Shown here: piece by piece, positions 40,088 to 49,351 of the stretch | How positions within the stretch are numbered: position 1 is the stretch's first letter | How the letters are laid out: every line of letters starts with the position of its first letter | Virus record (IMG/VR): IMGVR_UViG_3300024255_000031 | Coordinates: 1-58,615 of that record | Length of the DNA: 58,615 bases | Origin: a virus | Taxonomy: Duplodnaviria > Caudoviricetes | Direction: 5' to 3' (one strand) | Notes under the pieces: generated by a model | Told to the model about the DNA's origin: nothing | Databases searched by the model: none | What the model saw: the letters and a program-made list of their open reading frames with translations, nothing else | Translations under genes and position numbers: made by a program

Positions 40088-41065
40088 ATGAGCACAACAC
40101 GATCAAAAGCATTCTTTATGAATGGCGGAGCAGGAAGAGTTATCTGTTCTATTCCTGCTTTAGAAAAATACGCAGAAGAATCTGGTGATAAAGATTTTAT
40201 TATTGTTTGTGAAGGCGGCACCGAATTCTACAAAGGACACCCCTTACTAGATTCTAAAGCATATGATTCTTGGCAAAAAAATATCTTTCAAGATAAGTTA
40301 AAAAACATGGACTTAATAAGTCCAGAACCATACCGTGTATGGGAGTACTTTAATCAAAAATGCAGCCTTGCCCAAGCATTTGATATTGAAATAAACAACG
40401 CATCAGTAAGAGAATTGCCTTTACCTAGCTTAATGCTCTCGAGAGAAGAGCAATTATCAGGAAAGAAAATTATTAATGAAGTTAAGACAGCACTTAAAAA
40501 AGATAAGACTGTTGTTTTTCAGCCTTTTGGCAGAGGTATCGGCGACCAAAACGGCATATTATCTGATCCGTCGGGACGAAGTGTAGAACACGATTCGGTT
40601 ATTAATTTAATTCAAAAACTTCAAAAAGACGATTGGGGTGTTATATTAATGAGCGAGTTAAAGATAGACACTAAACAAACAGAATTACAAGAAGATATAG
40701 CACAGCCTGAAGGAGCAACGTTGAGAGACTGGGCTGCAATAATTGCTGGAGCAGATTTATTTCTTGGATGCGATAGTGTAGGTCAGCATATATCGCATTC
40801 GCTAGGTGTTCCTACAGTTTCAATTTTAGGATCAACTTATCCTATTAACGTATCATATCCGGAAACTGACAGATTTAAAGTTATTGATTTAGGAGAAGGT
40901 GGAAGACAATATTCGCCAATTCGAATTGTACAAGACGAATCAGTTGACCGAGCAAATGAACGTCTTATGTACATGACTCCTGAAATTGAAGACTTTGTGA
41001 TCGAAGAAATTAAAAACTTGTATAAAACTACAAAGCCTTCTACAGCTAAACTATTACTCAAGTAG
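40088..41065 (+). CDS. Glycosyltransferase, GT9 (ADP-heptose transferase)-like
   Basis: N-terminal GGAGRVICSIPAL. C-terminal WAAIIAGADLFLGCDSVGQHIS...LGVPTVSILGST matches the GT9 DS..H motif. Confidence 0.7.
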   Translation: MSTTRSKAFFMNGGAGRVICSIPALEKYAEESGDKDFIIVCEGGTEFYKGHPLLDSKAYDSWQKNIFQDKLKNMDLISPEPYRVWEYFNQKCSLAQAFDIEINNASVRELPLPSLMLSREEQLSGKKIINEVKTALKKDKTVVFQPFGRGIGDQNGILSDPSGRSVEHDSVINLIQKLQKDDWGVILMSELKIDTKQTELQEDIAQPEGATLRDWAAIIAGADLFLGCDSVGQHISHSLGVPTVSILGSTYPINVSYPETDRFKVIDLGEGGRQYSPIRIVQDESVDRANERLMYMTPEIEDFVIEEIKNLYKTTKPSTAKLLLK

Positions 41066-41072
41066 GATTATT

Positions 41073-42887
41073 ATGAAAACTAAAAAAACAGGCTGGATCG
41101 CAGCAATTACACGAGGACATAACTCAGGAGTTTGTCTCCTTAAAGATGGTAAAATTGTATTTGCTATAGAAGAAGAGCGTATTAGCAGACACAAATATGA
41201 CGGTGGCCCGCTCGCTGCTATGATTAAAATTCTCGATTATACAGATAAAATAGATTATTTAATGATAGCACATACACAGGCTTTAGAAGGAACAGCTGGC
41301 CGCATAGACTTCACAGGTGACGATGTCTATACTGGCCTTGCTAGAAAATTAGGTTTAATTGATCGAAATGCTGATATTTACAATCATCCACAAGTTGTTG
41401 ATTTAAGTAGTGTTCATCACAAGTTACATGCAGCATGTGCGTTTTATCGTTCTGGATTTGATAGTGCAACTTCTGTAATTGTTGACGGAGCAGGCACATT
41501 TATTAGTTTAAATATTGGCGGGGTTGACGAAACTGTTTGGGAATTAGAGTCTATTTTTAACTGCGAATATCCTGCAGAGATCAATACAGTGTACAAACAT
41601 TTAGGAGGTCGAGGACCGTTTGTAAGTGCTAGAATTCCAGATCAAGATGCCGCAAGAGAGATGGAAGACGGTACTTACGAATTAGTACTCGACGATACTG
41701 CGGGTATTACAAAAGCGTACGAAGCTGTAACACAGTACTGCGGATGGCAGCCTATCGAAGCAGGTAAGACTATGGGTCTGTTTCCTTACGGTAAACCTAA
41801 TGATTCTATTCCTCCAATATATACTGACGGCAACGGTGGCTCCTGGACAACTAGTGACAGGAACATAATTGTCCCTACGTATCCTAATGGTGCACTAGTT
41901 AACGAAGGTAGATACGAATATTTAGATACCGACATGGATTCTACAGAATCGGATATTACTAAACATCAGAACAGACGAGACATGGCATATGCAGTACAAA
42001 CGCAAAGTCAAGAACAGGTTGCTAGACTAATAGAAAAAGCAGTCGAAACAACAGGAAATAAAAATGTAGTGTTATCAGGCGGATATGCACTTAACTGTGT
42101 AGCAAACTATTTTTACCTCGAAAGGCTTAAAGACCTCGGTATTAACTTATATGTTGAACCGATTAGTTCTGATGCAGGAACATCGATCGGCGCAGCATTA
42201 TTAGGATATTATTCACTAGAAGGCGTAACGGAAAGAGTGTATCAGGACGACACATTATATTTAGGTCCTAAAACAACATACACTGACATTCAAATTAACG
42301 AAGCAGTAGAAAAGTATGAAGGCGAAATACAAGATAACGTAACTAATGCAGATGTTATTAACTTAATAACAAATAAGAATATTGTAACAGTATTTCAAGG
42401 TAGCTCAGAAGCAGGACCTCGTGCATTAGGTAACAGAAGTATCATGTATGACCCTACAGACCCTAATGGTAAAGACTTTGTTAACCAAGTAAAGCGTAGA
42501 GAATACTTTCGTCCGTTTGCAGGGTCAATTCTTGCAGAACACGCACACGAATGGTTTGACATGCGCGGATTAGAAGAATCACCTCATATGATGTATGCTA
42601 TGAATTGTCAAGAAGGCGTAGCAGAAAAGATTCCAAGTATTATTCACGTAGACGGTACGTGTCGAATTCAAACTGTTACTAGAGAGCAGAATCCGCACTA
42701 TTATGATCTAATTAACGAGTTTTATAAGAAAACTGGCGTTCCGATTATCTTTAATACAAGTTTTAATTTAGGTGGCGAACCTCTTGTAGAAACACTTGAC
42801 GATGCTGTTAGAACGTTGTATAGTAGTGATATAGAATTCTTGTACTTGCCGGAGCATGGAAAACTAATAACAGTTAAAAATTTGTAA
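41073..42887 (+). CDS. Carbamoyltransferase (NodU/CmcH/TobZ family)
   Basis: EEERISRHK, HHKLHAA, DGAG, GKTMGL, LSGGYALNCVAN, EAGPRALGNRSI, KRREYFRPFA, HVDGTCRIQTV and NTSFN motifs. Confidence 0.92.
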   Translation: MKTKKTGWIAAITRGHNSGVCLLKDGKIVFAIEEERISRHKYDGGPLAAMIKILDYTDKIDYLMIAHTQALEGTAGRIDFTGDDVYTGLARKLGLIDRNADIYNHPQVVDLSSVHHKLHAACAFYRSGFDSATSVIVDGAGTFISLNIGGVDETVWELESIFNCEYPAEINTVYKHLGGRGPFVSARIPDQDAAREMEDGTYELVLDDTAGITKAYEAVTQYCGWQPIEAGKTMGLFPYGKPNDSIPPIYTDGNGGSWTTSDRNIIVPTYPNGALVNEGRYEYLDTDMDSTESDITKHQNRRDMAYAVQTQSQEQVARLIEKAVETTGNKNVVLSGGYALNCVANYFYLERLKDLGINLYVEPISSDAGTSIGAALLGYYSLEGVTERVYQDDTLYLGPKTTYTDIQINEAVEKYEGEIQDNVTNADVINLITNKNIVTVFQGSSEAGPRALGNRSIMYDPTDPNGKDFVNQVKRREYFRPFAGSILAEHAHEWFDMRGLEESPHMMYAMNCQEGVAEKIPSIIHVDGTCRIQTVTREQNPHYYDLINEFYKKTGVPIIFNTSFNLGGEPLVETLDDAVRTLYSSDIEFLYLPEHGKLITVKNL

Positions 42888-42891
42888 ATCA

Positions 42892-43401
42892 ATGCATAAT
42901 AAAAGTTCGTTAGACAATTTAGAAACTTGGATAGAAAACTGGATACATCGTTTAAACAGCCGATATATTGATCCTAACGGACAAAAGTGTCCATATGCTA
43001 AGTCTGTATTAGACAACAATCGTTTAAAAATTGTTAAGATGCTAAATGCAGCACCAATCGACTTTTGGTCAAAAATAACTGTTGAGGCAGATAATCTTAA
43101 CGATGATATTGACGTTATTGTTGTTGCTACAGAAGCAAATAAAGAATTGTACGGGCATTATTTTGTTACTAACGGAGGAGTTGATGCTTTAAATTGTGCA
43201 TTTAATGTGCAAAATAAAGATGTTTGGTTATTGTCAGCAACTAATGATTTATACACAGTTGTTTTTATTCAGAGAATAACTGACATAGACGATGCAAGTA
43301 AATCTTTAGAACAAGATACTAATTATTATAACAAAATGACTTCAGAATACTTTGATAGATTTATTTTACAAAGACGAATATTAAGAGAACGTTTGAACTA
43401 G
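42892..43401 (+). CDS. Hypothetical protein with CPYAK motif
   Basis: In-operon ORF. W...CPYAK N-terminus is loosely reminiscent of DUF1415-type proteins. Confidence 0.45.
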   Translation: MHNKSSLDNLETWIENWIHRLNSRYIDPNGQKCPYAKSVLDNNRLKIVKMLNAAPIDFWSKITVEADNLNDDIDVIVVATEANKELYGHYFVTNGGVDALNCAFNVQNKDVWLLSATNDLYTVVFIQRITDIDDASKSLEQDTNYYNKMTSEYFDRFILQRRILRERLN

Positions 43402-43413
43402 AAGGAATAGGTA

Positions 43414-43983
43414 ATGATATATCAAACAACAATTGGCTTAGACAGAGACGGAACTATCAATAAAGACATTGGTACATATGTAACTAGTCCTAAAGATTTT
43501 ATACCTATTCCAGGAAGTTTAGAAGCAGTTGCTATGATCCGTGACAAAGGATACAATGTTGTAATTCTTACTAATCAAGCAGGGATTATGAAAAATATTA
43601 TGACGGCTGAACAAGTTGACGAAGTAAACGATCATATGATGGAATTACTAGGTGAAGTTGGTTGTCGATCTATTAACGGGTTATACTATAGCACTACTAA
43701 TCTTAAAGAAGATATATACGCTAAACCTAATGTAGGAATGTTTAAAAAAGCTGAAAAAGAATTAGGCTTGAGATTTAAGAATGGATATTATGTAGGAGAT
43801 AAAATCTCAGATCTAAAATGTGCAATTAAAACTAAATCAACACCGGTTCTTGTTAAATCAGGTTACGGAAACGAAACGTTAACTAAATTAAATACTTTTG
43901 CAAATCGTCCTCTCAAGAAAAAGACCCAAGTGTTTAATAACCTTTGGGCCTTTGCTGAATCATTACCTACTGCGTCAAAATAA
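43414..43983 (+). CDS. gmhB: D,D-heptose 1,7-bisphosphate phosphatase (HAD IIIA)
   Basis: LDRDGTIN, TNQAGI, KPNVGM and VGDKISD motifs. Adjacent to hldD and hldE. Confidence 0.85.
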   Translation: MIYQTTIGLDRDGTINKDIGTYVTSPKDFIPIPGSLEAVAMIRDKGYNVVILTNQAGIMKNIMTAEQVDEVNDHMMELLGEVGCRSINGLYYSTTNLKEDIYAKPNVGMFKKAEKELGLRFKNGYYVGDKISDLKCAIKTKSTPVLVKSGYGNETLTKLNTFANRPLKKKTQVFNNLWAFAESLPTASK

Positions 43984-43985
43984 TA

Positions 43986-44381
43986 CTATTTTGATTGTTG
44001 CTTATCGGCAATTTGACTATCACCTGGACCGATGCGATAATTATCTTCTACACTATCAGGTGTACTAACTTCTGTAACACTACCTTCTTTAGACAAGCAA
44101 ACTAATTGATGAGGTTGCAACGGCGGATTGCGCCATACATCGCCTTCTTTAAGATCCTTTTCAAACATCATACTATTTGATGTATCAATATAACGAACTT
44201 TAAATTTACCTGCATTTACAAACCAAGTCTCATCTTTTTCTTTGTGAAAGTGCATACTTGTAGTTGCGCCTTCTCTAGTAAATGCCATAATTTTACCACA
44301 GTACTTGTCATTTGTTGCCCAAATCATTTCGTACCCCCATCCTTTTTGATCGACGCCTGTTTTCCTAGTTGGTTGATTCAT
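43986..44381 (-). CDS. Cupin-fold sugar-phosphate isomerase-like protein
   Basis: KGWGYE, SMHFHKEKDETW, PPLQPHQL and EVSTPD..EDNYR motifs of the mannose-6-P isomerase/lyxose isomerase-type cupins. Confidence 0.7.
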   Translation of the reverse strand: MNQPTRKTGVDQKGWGYEMIWATNDKYCGKIMAFTREGATTSMHFHKEKDETWFVNAGKFKVRYIDTSNSMMFEKDLKEGDVWRNPPLQPHQLVCLSKEGSVTEVSTPDSVEDNYRIGPGDSQIADKQQSK

Positions 44382-45183
44382 TTACGTGTTCCTTTACTGA
44401 TGTAAAATTTATATTTGTAACAGTACTTAATTTATTTGTATCTGCACAAGTGTATTCTTGATACTGGCTTTTTAATTGTTCTGGCATTGGAATTTCTACA
44501 ATTTTAGCATTATGTTTTTCAGCAATTGTTTCTGCTACTTCTTTAAAACTAGTTGCTACACCAGACCCTACATTATATAATCCAGGTGTTTTATTTTCAA
44601 ATAATTGCTGATGCACTTCGCATACATCGCCTACAAATACAAAATCTCGCAAGTATTTGTCGCTATTTTCAAACAATTTAATTCTACCAGATTTAGTTGC
44701 TTGTTCGGTAAATTTAGTAATAGGACTTGCTTGATTGCCTTTATGTTCTTCTAAAGGTCCGTAAACGTTAAAGTAACGTAGGCCCTGCACAACAATGTTA
44801 TGTCGAGATAATCCCCAGACCCATCGATCAAACAAGTATTTGCTCCATGCATACGGACTTTGCGGTTGCTTAGGTGAATCCTCATTAAACTCTGTATTTG
44901 TTCCGTATACACTTGCGCTTGACGCATATTGTAGATTAACACCTTTAGAATTACATTCATTAAACAGCCATTTACTAAATTCATAGTTTTGTAACATAAC
45001 TTTATCTACGTCTGTTTCAGTAGTGCTACTAATAGCACCTGTATGAATAACCCAATCAAACCCTTCTACTTCTGGTAAACTATCTTCCTGCCATTCGTAG
45101 CCGAACAAATCGTGTTCGTTTTGCAAATACAATGTTAGATTTTGTCCAATAAACCCTTTATGTCCTGTAATTAATATTTTCAT
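44365..45183 (-). CDS. hldD: ADP-L-glycero-D-manno-heptose 6-epimerase
   Basis: ITGHKGFIG, HTGAISSTTE, YASSASVYG, YAWSK and RYFNVYGPLEEHKG motifs. Confidence 0.88.
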   Translation of the reverse strand: MKILITGHKGFIGQNLTLYLQNEHDLFGYEWQEDSLPEVEGFDWVIHTGAISSTTETDVDKVMLQNYEFSKWLFNECNSKGVNLQYASSASVYGTNTEFNEDSPKQPQSPYAWSKYLFDRWVWGLSRHNIVVQGLRYFNVYGPLEEHKGNQASPITKFTEQATKSGRIKLFENSDKYLRDFVFVGDVCEVHQQLFENKTPGLYNVGSGVATSFKEVAETIAEKHNAKIVEIPMPEQLKSQYQEYTCADTNKLSTVTNINFTSVKEHVNESTN

Positions 45184-46319
45184 TTACTTGCCTCTATAAT
45201 CTGTGTTGTTGAATACCCTTTAACTGTCGGTACTAAATGTACATCTGCTAAATCGTGTCCAACAACCGTTTCTACTGTATAGTCACCGCCTTTTACAATT
45301 AGATGCGGCCTTAATTCTTTAATTAATTCGTACGGTGTATCTTCGTCAAATACAACTACTTCGTCTACCCACGGTAATATTTCTAATTGACTAATGCGTT
45401 TCATTTGATCGTTAATAGGGCGTGTTTCGCCTTTGAGACGTTTAACGCTTGCATCTGAATTGACACCTACAATTAGTTTTTTACCGAGTGTTTTTGCTTC
45501 TGCTAAGAGCTCAAAATGACCCTTGTGTAGTATATCAAACACTCCGTTAGTAAACACTACACGATCTTCTAAGTCGCTTATAGCAAGCTTATATGTGCCT
45601 ACATGTGTAACAGCTTCCGTAGAACCCTTAATAGCAAGTTCGATACAATGTTTATAATTATAACCTTTTGTAAGTCCATATACAAATGCTGCTAAAAAAC
45701 AGTCTCCAGCGCCTGTAACATCGTTTACTTCTACAGCGTCAACTGGTATATCATATACTACATTTTCTATATTAGCAACTACATTAGCGCCAGCATTAGT
45801 TGTAATGATATTATCTTGCCAGTTAGTAAATCCAAAGTCTCCAAACTCTTTGTGGTTGGGTTTTACAAGCCAAGCACCTTTGTAGTGATTTGCATGTTCT
45901 TTAGGATCTACAATTACTTTACACCCAAACATGTTTAGATGTTTGATAATTTCAACACTTTCGTCCAGTGTGCCTTTATTATAGTCACTTAGAATAACAT
46001 AATCATACTCGTCAAAATCTTGTGATAAAATATATGTAAGAAACGCATTACCATCTGCAATATAATCATCATCAATGCGTGTAACATAATGCCCGTCACA
46101 TATTACTCTAGTCTTTACACTAGCTTTATCAAAGAAGTCAATAAGTTTAACATCTACATCTAAACTTTTAAGATTTTCGTATACAAGTCCGGCACCGCCG
46201 AGTGTTTCAACTTCACGTTTGTATGTAATTACCGGAACAGGAGCCTCAGGACTTATCCGAGTGCTCGTACCGTAAATATATTTGTCGATTATTATGTCGC
46301 CGAGAACTAATACTTTCAT
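45180..46319 (-). CDS. hldE: Bifunctional heptose-7-P kinase / heptose-1-P adenylyltransferase (compact)
   Basis: PfkB part: RISPEAPVPV, SDYNKG, DVTGAGD. Nucleotidyltransferase part: FTNGVFDILHKGH, GVNSDASVKRLKGETRP, KGGDY. Confidence 0.9.
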   Translation of the reverse strand: MKVLVLGDIIIDKYIYGTSTRISPEAPVPVITYKREVETLGGAGLVYENLKSLDVDVKLIDFFDKASVKTRVICDGHYVTRIDDDYIADGNAFLTYILSQDFDEYDYVILSDYNKGTLDESVEIIKHLNMFGCKVIVDPKEHANHYKGAWLVKPNHKEFGDFGFTNWQDNIITTNAGANVVANIENVVYDIPVDAVEVNDVTGAGDCFLAAFVYGLTKGYNYKHCIELAIKGSTEAVTHVGTYKLAISDLEDRVVFTNGVFDILHKGHFELLAEAKTLGKKLIVGVNSDASVKRLKGETRPINDQMKRISQLEILPWVDEVVVFDEDTPYELIKELRPHLIVKGGDYTVETVVGHDLADVHLVPTVKGYSTTQIIEASK

Positions 46320-46325
46320 CTTTAT

Positions 46326-46354
46326 ATGATACTACATTAATTGTAATTAGTCAA
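46326..46354 (-). promoter_or_regulatory. Sigma70-type promoter for hldE operon, probably leaderless
   Basis: On the minus strand: TTGACT (46354-49), 17-nt spacer, TATCAT (46331-26), 6 nt, then ATG. No SD. Confidence 0.55.
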
Positions 46355-46778
46355 GTAAATTAATCACCTCAATAACTGTTTTAAGTTTGGTAATATTACT
46401 TTTTCTATTGAGGGTGTTTTGTAAGCCTTGATGTAAGGGCTTAGGCCATTTACCGAAAGATACCCAGGCAAAACCGTTATGTTCGTCGTTGAGCTGAGGA
46501 GTGAAAGTTTCATCTACAACGCATAGATAAGTATGGAATTGAAATTTACTATCATTACTGATAAATGTTTCAAGTGGAATAGTTTTCTTTATATCAATGT
46601 GTCCAACTTCTTCGTTAATTTCTCTGCGTAATCCTTCCCAAGGAGTTTCGCAGTCTTCATTAGTGCCACCTACTAATCCCCAAACGTTATTACGTTTGCC
46701 ATTAGCACGATGTAGAAATAAAAACATTTTAGATTTTAGCGAGTAAACTAACGCACCGCTACAGATAATATCTTTCAT
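46347..46778 (-). CDS. Nudix hydrolase
   Basis: Nudix box GGTNEDCETPWEGLRREINEEVG. Confidence 0.85.
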   Translation of the reverse strand: MKDIICSGALVYSLKSKMFLFLHRANGKRNNVWGLVGGTNEDCETPWEGLRREINEEVGHIDIKKTIPLETFISNDSKFQFHTYLCVVDETFTPQLNDEHNGFAWVSFGKWPKPLHQGLQNTLNRKSNITKLKTVIEVINLLD

Positions 46779-46791
46779 ACTAATAATTATC

Positions 46792-48225
46792 TTAGTATGC
46801 TATACGCCATGTTCCATTTGGATATTCTCCTTCATAAGAAAGTATCCAGTAATCGCCTGTCCATTTATATTGAGTTTGTGTGTTTATATTAGTAACAAAC
46901 ATCTCATTAGGTTGGTTACTTGCGTCAAATACAATATGCCAGTTTAATCCGTCCCATTCAATAATATCATTTTCGCTAGCAATAAAATTGCTGTTATCGG
47001 AATTTTTCCAGGCTTCTGCGCCCTCAGTGTTATCTGCATCACCGATATTACCTAATAATAATAGTCGAGTGTTGCTTGAAGAATCTTGTGTAGTTCTTGG
47101 ATCGAATCTTGTAGGATCTATAATAAAATCTACATATGTTGCATCACCACTTGGGCCTGTAATTACGCTATCAGCTGGCAATGTTTCTGGGTCTGGAGAA
47201 TTTAGTATTAATCTCGTTTCGTCTGTTGTATCTATACTATCAATAACAAATACAATTTCTAAATCATTTGCTCGTTGCAATCGTAATTGTGTAATGCCCG
47301 GTTCAAATAATTCAGGCTGCGCAATAAACCAACCAGTCCATTTGTCTTTACCAACGACACCATTTTTAACTAATCTAGCTATACCGTCAACGACTTCTAG
47401 ATCATAATCTTGATAACTAGTAACAATTAATGCACTTTCATTAGTAAGTGATGCATCTGGTTGACTATTAACTTTCTCAGTTTCGTTGTTGACTTTAATT
47501 TTTTGTTGTACTAAACTCTGTGCATATGCATCTTCGTCAATATTAACTTCTAATCCATTGTCGGCAAACATTGCTGTGATAATCTTTGTAATTACACCTA
47601 GTTTTTTAACTTTAGCAGGAGGACTAATAAAGATTGGAGTATTTAGAGTTAATGACGCAACATCAATTTCACTTTCAGTGCCAGTAGGTATACTTCTACT
47701 ACTAAAATTAATATTTTCGATATTTACTACACTTAGACTTGTCCAATCGATATAGTTGTCTGTAGTTTGTATTTCTAAACTAGGATTAAACAACATAAAA
47801 ATTTGTTCAAGTATTTGTAGCTTTTGATCTGTATTAGTTGTCCAAATATCTATGTTAACAGTTAGTTTATACGGTGTAGGCATTATACGTTCTACAGTAT
47901 AATTTTTGCCTGCCTTATTTAAATACTCGTTACCGTCTGCATCGTATGCACGCTCTCTTATATTCATTTTATTAACATAACTTGAATCTGATAAACGGGC
48001 AGTATCCATTTCTAAACCAGTAATATAAATAGCCATTCTCGGAGCACTTGGTATTTTATTTTCCGAGTTGTCTCTTAAAATACTACCAACTTGTCTAGTT
48101 AAATCACCGTAAGTTACCGGAACTTGTACGAGACTTCCTTTACCGTCTTTGTAACTAAATTGTCCAAACAGTCTTACTATTTGTGTAAGATACCTGCGTA
48201 TTTGTCCGTCATAAAAATGTTGCAT
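46792..48225 (-). CDS. gp15: Tail sheath stabiliser/terminator, T4 gp15-like, with C-terminal extension
   Basis: FYDGQIRRY..., VPVTYG, PRMA, PTPY.L...IW...DQKLQILEQI...FNP motifs. Follows gp14. Confidence 0.75.
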   Translation of the reverse strand: MQHFYDGQIRRYLTQIVRLFGQFSYKDGKGSLVQVPVTYGDLTRQVGSILRDNSENKIPSAPRMAIYITGLEMDTARLSDSSYVNKMNIRERAYDADGNEYLNKAGKNYTVERIMPTPYKLTVNIDIWTTNTDQKLQILEQIFMLFNPSLEIQTTDNYIDWTSLSVVNIENINFSSRSIPTGTESEIDVASLTLNTPIFISPPAKVKKLGVITKIITAMFADNGLEVNIDEDAYAQSLVQQKIKVNNETEKVNSQPDASLTNESALIVTSYQDYDLEVVDGIARLVKNGVVGKDKWTGWFIAQPELFEPGITQLRLQRANDLEIVFVIDSIDTTDETRLILNSPDPETLPADSVITGPSGDATYVDFIIDPTRFDPRTTQDSSSNTRLLLLGNIGDADNTEGAEAWKNSDNSNFIASENDIIEWDGLNWHIVFDASNQPNEMFVTNINTQTQYKWTGDYWILSYEGEYPNGTWRIAY

Positions 48226-49328
48226 TAGTTGTCCGCCTTGGGTCTAAGTGCTTTTGATAATGCCTGTTTTTCTGCAACTTGTTCGTCGCCAATAATATTA
48301 GTATTAGTATTATTAATAAAGTTTCCACGCTGTGTGTTTGTATCATCGTCACCGTAAACGAATGCACGTTTTACATCATAAACTTTATTCCATTTATTAT
48401 TTTTAAATTGAAATAGCCTGTTCGGTAAAAAATCTGTTCTTAAGAAATAATCATTAGTTTCTGGAGCACCTGGAAATTGTACACCAAAACCAAATGTGTC
48501 ACCGTTAGGCGTAAATGAATCGCCTATAATATAACCTTGATATCCAACCCGATCGGGAGGAGCCATTGCTGATAAACCGTCAGTGTCTTTGCTTGCTGTT
48601 AATTCTACGATTCCGTCTTCGTCAGTAGTTAACGAAAAGTAATGAGATACATCATACCCACTTTTCTGTACTTCTGTAGTAGCTTCTGAAATTACAGCAT
48701 TATTAAGCTGCATCTCTCTTTCGTAAGTAGATAAAATATCTCTTAGAGTGTCTCCGCCCGGATCTTCTTCGCTTGCAGGCAAGTCTAAAATTTCTTTGTA
48801 TTCTTGACCGTCGTATATTTGTTTTAGTTTTAAACGATATAAATGTGGATACCATGTGTGACTAAATCCTTCAGCAGCACGATTAATATCTTCAACAACA
48901 TAAAATCTTTTTAAAGCAACTGATGCATCATTCTCTGCATATTCGTCAATAAGATGAGGCAACTCAAATACATCGCCAGGCATTATTTTCCTGCCAATGG
49001 TCTTTACGCTACTACGAATGTGTATGGTCATAAACAATGTATCATTACTTAAGAACAATCCAAATTGACTTAAATCAAAATCTTGATCTTGTACATTATA
49101 AATGCCCCTCATTCTGTAAATATCAGGGTCGTATGTTCTGTCTCTATTTTCAAGAAACATTACATCTTGTATTTGAGTATGATCTTTTACTGTTGTGCCG
49201 TCGTCTGTGCCTATGTATTTGTATACATGTAGGTCAGTACCGCCAATAGTAAACATTTCTAGAATTTGTTTGTCTAGAAATTCGTAATCATTACCGCGTT
49301 CTGGTTTGTATAAGCTTAGGCGTGGAAT
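48225..49328 (-). CDS. gp14: Neck protein, T4 gp14-like (proposed ATT start at 49328; ORF-finder ATG at 49352)
   Basis: DLSQFGLFL..D, PGDVFELPHL and W.PHLYRLKL motifs. AGGAG lies 7 nt before the ATT. Confidence 0.65.
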   Translation of the reverse strand: MPRLSLYKPERGNDYEFLDKQILEMFTIGGTDLHVYKYIGTDDGTTVKDHTQIQDVMFLENRDRTYDPDIYRMRGIYNVQDQDFDLSQFGLFLSNDTLFMTIHIRSSVKTIGRKIMPGDVFELPHLIDEYAENDASVALKRFYVVEDINRAAEGFSHTWYPHLYRLKLKQIYDGQEYKEILDLPASEEDPGGDTLRDILSTYEREMQLNNAVISEATTEVQKSGYDVSHYFSLTTDEDGIVELTASKDTDGLSAMAPPDRVGYQGYIIGDSFTPNGDTFGFGVQFPGAPETNDYFLRTDFLPNRLFQFKNNKWNKVYDVKRAFVYGDDDTNTQRGNFINNTNTNIIGDEQVAEKQALSKALRPKADN

Positions 49329-49351
49329 AGCTATTCTCCTATTGTTATACA

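Noticed and set aside
40088-46319. Bacterial LPS-core operon (host contamination or chimera)
   Set aside because: Contiguous with phage structural genes on both sides, similar AT-rich composition, phage-type late promoter, and no other LPS core genes.
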